This document shows, piece after piece, positions 59,804 through 64,000 of a DNA stretch of 64,000 bases; positions within the stretch are counted from its first letter, which is position 1; every line of letters starts with the position of its first letter. Position numbers and translations under genes: made by a program. Origin of the DNA: an uncultured Thiothrix sp. (GTDB lineage Bacteria; Pseudomonadota; Gammaproteobacteria; Poriferisulfidales; GCA-002705445); NCBI GenBank assembly GCA_902559815.1, contig CACEJE010000003.1:2520-66519 (forward strand), read 5' to 3'. Below the pieces are notes generated by a model, which saw only the letters and a list, made by a program, of their open reading frames with translations, ran no database searches and had not been told where the DNA came from.

Positions 59804-60196
59804 TTATACTGATGCATTCCATGCGAATGTACAATCAAGCTCCGATCGAACTTTTGATAGACCATTCACTCCTTCGTTAATAATTACTTCTAATGGGGTT
59901 AAGTTTTCAAATCTTCTATGCTTTGTCTTCAACCATTTTTCAGCCATGTTAATATTTCTAGGAAAAGTTGTTCTGAGTGCATCTGAAATTCCCATAATAT
60001 GGCTAAGTCTAAGTGTTAAAGAGCTGTTATATGGAAAAGCTTTTAAAGTTCTATATTTATCTAACTCTCGTTTACGGGTTTGCTTTGAAAGCCCTAGTAT
60101 TTGAACAGTCTGTTCTGTTGTCAAATTCCAAGAGTCTAAAACCTTCATAACTGTTTTAGTAATGTACATAAACTCTTCTTCTGTATAATCGTTCAT
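59804..60196 (-). CDS. Xre/ParS/MbcA-type antitoxin-like protein (Xre-like HTH plus DUF2384 toxin-binding domain)
   Basis: The N-terminal 'VLDSWNLTTEQTVQILGLSKQTRKR' fits the Xre-like antitoxin HTH. The C-terminal 'AEKWLKTKHRRFENLTPLEVIINEGVNGLSKVRSELD' fits the DUF2384 consensus pattern (A..WL....p.l.g.tPlel...eG...V...L). Assigned from memory of the family, not by HMM. Confidence 0.6.
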   Translation of the reverse strand: MNDYTEEEFMYITKTVMKVLDSWNLTTEQTVQILGLSKQTRKRELDKYRTLKAFPYNSSLTLRLSHIMGISDALRTTFPRNINMAEKWLKTKHRRFENLTPLEVIINEGVNGLSKVRSELDCTFAWNASV

Positions 60197-60311
60197 AATG
60201 TTCTTTTGAAATTTATGTTACTTTATATGGTAATAATAAAATTATCAATATTATAATATAATATTTATTTGGCAAAATTTAACAATTTAGATAATTATAT
60301 TAAGAGGTTAT

Positions 60312-60743
60312 ATGTTTAAAAAGATTAAAGGCTTATTTAAAAAAAAATCAGATGAATTAGATAACTTAATTGATGATCAATTAGCATCAGCTATTTTATT
60401 AATTGAAGTTTCTTATTCTGATTTTAAAATTGACAAAATAGAAGTTAATACGATTATAAATTTTTTTGAAAAAGAATTTTCATTGTCAAACAATAAAGCA
60501 AGATGGCTAAGTAATAAAGCATTAAACCTTCACAAAGATGAAAATTGTTTAAGAAAATATATAAAATTCATAAATGAAAATTATAATAAAGAAAAAAAAA
60601 TAAAACTTATAAATATGGCTTGGAAAGTTGCAAAAGCTGATAATGTTATTGATAAATACGAAGAACATAGGATTAGAAAACTATCTGAACTACTTTATAT
60701 AAATCATACAGAATTTATAAAAGCCAAAATTAATTCTAGTTAA
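60312..60743 (+). CDS. TerB-family (tellurite-resistance-like / DjlA N-domain-like) protein
   Basis: Two-lobed pattern, 'AILLIEVSYSDFKIDKIEVNTI' and 'INMAWKVAKADNVIDKYEEHRIRKLSELL', typical of TerB-fold proteins. Confidence 0.6.
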   Translation: MFKKIKGLFKKKSDELDNLIDDQLASAILLIEVSYSDFKIDKIEVNTIINFFEKEFSLSNNKARWLSNKALNLHKDENCLRKYIKFINENYNKEKKIKLINMAWKVAKADNVIDKYEEHRIRKLSELLYINHTEFIKAKINSS

Positions 60744-61343
60744 CTAATCTTTCTTAAATCTATAAAGCGCAATTTCTCCAAATAAATTTGGGAAAATTTT
60801 TAATAAGAAATTACTAGCATATTTATTATTTAAAACTTTTTTATCTAATATTGAAATATCCAAATTCCTACACAATTCTTCAAAATCATTAAAAGTGCAT
60901 AAATGAATGTTTGGAGTATCAAACCAGTTATTTGGTAAAGATTTTGATATTGGCATACGCCCTAAAAGTCCAAGTTGAAATCTATTTTTCCAAAAACCCA
61001 TATTTGGAAAGGTGACAATACCTTCTTTTGCTATCCTTAACATTTCTAATAATATCTTATCAGGATTTTTATTTTCCTGTAATGCTTGTGTCATAATTGC
61101 ATAATCAAAGAAATTTTCACTAAAATATTCTACAAGACCTTTATTAAAATCTAGCTGAATTACATTGATATTTTTTTTAAGTGATTCTTGAACCTCATCA
61201 ATATTTTTTTCAAAACCATAGCCTGATATTTTTTTATTTTTTATTAAAAAATCTAACAGCGTAGAGTCACCGCATCCTAAATCTAGAACCGAAGAATTTG
61301 TTTTTATCCACTTTGATATTATTTGAAAATCTTTTCTATCCAT
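60744..61343 (-). CDS. metW: Methionine biosynthesis protein MetW
   Basis: 'VLDLGCGDSTLL' and 'GIVTFPNMGFWKNRFQL...GRMP', a full-length MetW pattern. It lies directly downstream of metX. Confidence 0.9.
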   Translation of the reverse strand: MDRKDFQIISKWIKTNSSVLDLGCGDSTLLDFLIKNKKISGYGFEKNIDEVQESLKKNINVIQLDFNKGLVEYFSENFFDYAIMTQALQENKNPDKILLEMLRIAKEGIVTFPNMGFWKNRFQLGLLGRMPISKSLPNNWFDTPNIHLCTFNDFEELCRNLDISILDKKVLNNKYASNFLLKIFPNLFGEIALYRFKKD

Positions 61344-61345
61344 TT

Positions 61346-62488
61346 TTAGTCCCCAACCTCAATATTTTTCATAAAATTTTTAAGAACTCCCAAATAATCA
61401 GGTATAGGCATTAAAAAAGCATCATGACCTTGATTAGCCTCTATTTCTGCATATGATACGTTTTTCCTTGCTTTGATTAAAGATTTCACAATCTCATGAG
61501 ATTTTGAAGACGAAAATCTCCAGTCGCTTGTAAAAGATACAACTAAAAATTTTGCGTTAGTTTTCTCAAATGCACTTTCTAGATTGCCATTGAACTCACT
61601 TGCAGGATCAAAATAATCTAATGCTTTTGTCATAAGCAAATAAGTATTAGCATCAAATCTCTCTACAAAAGCTTGAGCCTGATATCGTAAATAACTTTCA
61701 ACTTGGAAATCTACATCATATCCAAAATGAAGTTTTCCTTCTCTAAGGTCTCTCCCAAATTTTTGCCTCATCGAATCATCTGATAAATACGTTATATGAC
61801 CTAACATTCTTGCAATGCTAAGCCCTCTTTTAGGAACCACACCGAAATTATTATAATGTCCATCGTGGAAGTCAGGATCGGTAATAATAGCTTGTCTAGC
61901 TACTTCATTAAAAGCAATATTTTGTGCAGATAATTTTGCAGCAGCAGCAATTATTATTGAATTTTTTATTTTACTAGGGTAGCTAATTGCCCATTGCAAA
62001 GCTTGCATACCTCCAAGGCTTCCGCCTATTACACAAGCCCACTTATCTATATCTAAATAATCTGCAAGAAATTTTTGACTATTAACCCAATCTTTAACAG
62101 TTACAATTGGAAATTCTGGCCCATATTCTTTTCCAGTTTTAGTATTTATAGTATTAGGGCCAGAAGAACCCTTGCAGCCTCCAATATTATTTAATGAAAC
62201 AATATAAAACTTATTCGTATCAAATGGTTTTCCTGGGCCAATACAAGAATCCCACCATCCTGGTTTTTTATCGTTTTTATTATGGTATCCAGCCGCATGA
62301 TGGTCACCAGATAGTGCGTGACAAATTAGCACAGCATTATCTTTACTTTTATTTAATTTGCCATACGTTTCATAAACTAGTTTAAAACCGTCTAAAGTTT
62401 TTCCGCAATCAAGATCTAATTTATTTTTAAGATCTATGCTATTCGGTTTTACTAATCCAACTGAATTTTTATTAAATGCATTTTCCAT
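61346..62488 (-). CDS. metX: Homoserine O-acyltransferase
   Basis: 'NSVGLVKP', '[10 protein letters not shown]', and the nucleophile elbow '[12 protein letters not shown]'. ATG at 62488 (MENAF) is preferred over the TTG at 62515. Confidence 0.92.
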   Translation of the reverse strand: MENAFNKNSVGLVKPNSIDLKNKLDLDCGKTLDGFKLVYETYGKLNKSKDNAVLICHALSGDHHAAGYHNKNDKKPGWWDSCIGPGKPFDTNKFYIVSLNNIGGCKGSSGPNTINTKTGKEYGPEFPIVTVKDWVNSQKFLADYLDIDKWACVIGGSLGGMQALQWAISYPSKIKNSIIIAAAAKLSAQNIAFNEVARQAIITDPDFHDGHYNNFGVVPKRGLSIARMLGHITYLSDDSMRQKFGRDLREGKLHFGYDVDFQVESYLRYQAQAFVERFDANTYLLMTKALDYFDPASEFNGNLESAFEKTNAKFLVVSFTSDWRFSSSKSHEIVKSLIKARKNVSYAEIEANQGHDAFLMPIPDYLGVLKNFMKNIEVGD

Positions 62489-62559
62489 ATTTAAGCCCAA
62501 AATAATTTTGATCAAAAATCATTTGCAAGTAATATTAGGAAATTTAGGCTAGATTAAAT

Positions 62560-62620
62560 TCTTTATTCGCTTTAGCTGTATTTTCCCACCCGCAAGCTGA
62601 CTTCAAATCGGTGTTTGATT
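62560..62620 (-). promoter_or_regulatory. Candidate SAM-II/SAM-V-like riboswitch in the metX leader
   Basis: The minus-strand RNA reads ACACCGAUUUGAAGUCAGCUUGCGGGUGGGAAAAUACAGCUAAAGCG. It has a P1-like stem (CACC...GGUG), a loop containing GCUU, and a 3' AAAGC able to pair with the loop to form an H-type pseudoknot. It is a GC-rich island in an AT-rich leader. Confidence 0.35.
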
Positions 62621-62656
62621 CAATATATACGAAATTATAGAAATTTACAAATTTGA

Positions 62657-63214
62657 TTAGATAATAATATTTAAAAAATTCTGTAAAAAATGAATTAAAA
62701 CTAGTGCAATTATAACCGAGAAATCAATTACACCAACTGATGTAGGTATGATTCTTTTTATATAATATAAGATTGGGTTTGATATTTGATATACAAGATC
62801 AATTGCTGGATTCTTATTCGAATATGAAGATTGTATAAACCAACTTGAAATTGCCAAAATAATAAAAATAATTGTTAATGCATTAAGTAAACTAAATATT
62901 GCGCTTTTAAATGAAAGAATAATTAGCTTTTCAAGAATTACATCACTGCCTATAAAAACATTTTGCATATATATATTTATAAAATGACATATTGCTATCA
63001 ATATAAAACTTGATAATTCAAATTTTCCAATATTTGGTATGAAAAAAAATATTGATCTAAATGGTCTAGAAATCATTATAATGGACTGCGTTATAGGATT
63101 TTGTGCGTTTGCATTAGTTAGTGCTAATAAAATTCTTAAAGTGAACACAAGTACAATAAAAGATAAGAGTAAATCTACTAAAAAAAAGCCTAATTCTGGG
63201 AATGTATTTGACAT
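62657..63214 (-). CDS. yggT: YggT-family membrane protein
   Basis: Four TM helices in two repeats. The proC-yggT-metX order matches that in Pseudomonas. Confidence 0.8.
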   Translation of the reverse strand: MSNTFPELGFFLVDLLLSFIVLVFTLRILLALTNANAQNPITQSIIMISRPFRSIFFFIPNIGKFELSSFILIAICHFINIYMQNVFIGSDVILEKLIILSFKSAIFSLLNALTIIFIILAISSWFIQSSYSNKNPAIDLVYQISNPILYYIKRIIPTSVGVIDFSVIIALVLIHFLQNFLNIII

Positions 63215-63222
63215 AATTTTCC

Positions 63223-64000
63223 TTATTTAGATAAGTCTAAAGATTTTTTTGCGGCATTTTCAACTGCTTCTTTAATAGTTTTAGAAAGTTTTTTATTTTC
63301 AAAAATTTTTATTGCTGCTTCAGTGGTTCCACCTTTAGAAGTTACTTGTGACCTTAAATATTTAATATCTTCAGATACAAAAAGCATTTTAGAAGTACTA
63401 TTCAATAAATGTAAAATCAAGATACTCTTATCTTCTTCTTTTATATTTTTAAAATTACCAGAATTAATAAGTGATTCTATAAAATACATTATATAAGCAG
63501 GACCACTACCAAATATAGCAGTAAACAAATGCATTTCATCTTCATCTATTTCACGAATATGCCCAACACTATTAAAAATATTTTTTATAAATTCTTTTTT
63601 AGTATTATCAATTAATTCATCAAAAAAAAGACCAGTAATACTTTCACTAAATATAGCACATAAATTTGGCATTGCTCTAACTACAAATATTTTTTTTTGA
63701 ATAAAGTTTTTAATATTTTTTGATGATAGTCCAGCAGCAATAGAAACTATCACTTGGTTGTCGTTAAAAATTTTTGAGTTTTCATTTATAGATTTTTCTA
63801 TGTCTTTAGGTTTAGTACACAAAAAAATAATATCAAAATCTACTTCAACAGATTCTCCTGACTTTTTAAAAATACATCTTTCTCTTTGAAAACTTTTTTC
63901 ATTTTTATTGTGAAATACATAGATATTTGTATCTAGTAGTTTTTTTTCAGACGCAAGAATACCATTAAGTAATGCACTTCCCATGTTTCCATAACCAATA
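63223..64000 (-). CDS. proC: Pyrroline-5-carboxylate reductase; N-terminus lies outside the window
   Basis: The C-terminal signature is 'VTSKGGTTEAAI'. The frame stays open to the window edge ('IGYGNMGSALL' runs through the first listed Met), so the Rossmann N-terminus continues past 64000. Confidence 0.9.
   Translation of the reverse strand, partial: IGYGNMGSALLNGILASEKKLLDTNIYVFHNKNEKSFQRERCIFKKSGESVEVDFDIIFLCTKPKDIEKSINENSKIFNDNQVIVSIAAGLSSKNIKNFIQKKIFVVRAMPNLCAIFSESITGLFFDELIDNTKKEFIKNIFNSVGHIREIDEDEMHLFTAIFGSGPAYIMYFIESLINSGNFKNIKEEDKSILILHLLNSTSKMLFVSEDIKYLRSQVTSKGGTTEAAIKIFENKKLSKTIKEAVENAAKKSLDLSK

Noticed and set aside
56947-60743. The idea that tRNA-Phe marks a genomic island, carrying either the PR-crt module to its left or the DUF2237-MFS-HAD-SET-TerB block to its right.
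   Set aside because: There is no integrase, recombinase or transposase gene. I could find no direct repeat of the tRNA 3' end (ttcgattctgccccaagccacca) at either candidate boundary. The tRNA 3' end faces away from the PR cluster. Horizontal transfer of PR remains possible but is not supported by island hallmarks here.
62581-62614. The GC-rich stem (CACC...GGUG) downstream of yggT read as a rho-independent terminator.
   Set aside because: On the transcribed (minus) strand the stem is followed by GGGAAAAUAC, not a U-tract. In addition, the loop and 3' tail can form a pseudoknot, so it fits a regulatory RNA better than a terminator.
567-63230. Short ORFs from the six-frame track that lie inside or antisense to well-supported genes: 567-773(-), 1431-1730(+), 4405-4614(+), 4494-4718(+), 14432-14641(+), 14605-14814(+), 17107-17433(+), 17464-17691(+), 17928-18245(+), 19010-19261(-), 21903-22130(-), 22500-22688(+), 24078-24371(-), 24940-25224(-), 25519-25887(-), 26069-26251(+), 29446-29736(-), 34693-34914(-), 35244-35429(-), 36544-36819(-), 40974-41234(+), 41954-42184(+), 42877-43074(+), 45428-45631(-), 48606-48839(-), 48879-49253(-), 54371-54565(-), 55213-55443(+), 57109-57300(+), 57461-57781(+), 57879-58070(+), 62194-62385(+), 63039-63230(+).
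   Set aside because: Each is almost entirely nested in, or antisense to, a gene with strong family motifs. Their translations are low-complexity or hydrophobic mirror-frame artefacts with no recognisable motifs, and none has a convincing ribosome-binding site.
1-64000. Search for CRISPR arrays, IS elements/transposases, prophage genes, rRNA operons and long direct or tandem repeats.
   Set aside because: None were seen. The only repeats noticed are short AT-rich promoter-like strings and the local inverted repeats reported above. A by-eye scan cannot exclude diverged or short repeat families.

Overview
This is a 64-kb chromosomal segment from a very AT-rich, tightly packed genome. Many neighbouring genes overlap at ATGA or by 4-30 nt, and most intergenic gaps are tiny. 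Several gene orders match Pseudomonas-type gammaproteobacterial synteny: dsbD-aroQ-accB-accC-fis-purH-purD, proC-yggT-metX-metW, rph-rdgB, and DUF2244-coxB-coxA-cox11-coxC / surf1-sco-cox15-cyoE. Together with a proteorhodopsin very close to the SAR86-type sequence, this suggests a streamlined marine gammaproteobacterium, but that is inference only.

Main content:
- A photolyase, truncated at the left window edge.
- A complete aa3 cytochrome c oxidase structural and assembly cluster.
- A tkt-gap-pgk-pyk-fba(class I) central-carbon block.
- Ribosomal protein genes: rpmB-rpmG (rpmG is missing from the ORF track) and rpmE.
- A light-harvesting module: a blue-tuned proteorhodopsin followed by crtI-crtB-crtY-blh, next to tRNA-Phe.

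Items worth a second look:
1. A toxin-antitoxin-like two-gene module in which an Xre/ParS/MbcA-type (DUF2384) antitoxin-like gene is coupled to a SET-domain lysine methyltransferase instead of a RES toxin.
2. Two essential-looking genes (ctaA/COX15 and dsbD), each broken by a single extra base in a homopolymer run.
3. A GC-rich pseudoknot-like element resembling a SAM-II/SAM-V riboswitch in the metX leader.
4. An unusually long 475-bp AT-rich spacer carrying a palindromic pair of DnaA boxes.
5. An FkbO/XanB2-type chorismatase coupled to a small unknown ORF.
6. Unannotated mini-ORFs: a 32-codon membrane peptide between ctaD and ctaG, and a 29-codon hydrophobic peptide downstream of coaD.
7. An rpoH promoter sitting inside a perfect 10-bp inverted repeat.

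I saw no CRISPR array, rRNA gene, transposase, integrase or phage gene.
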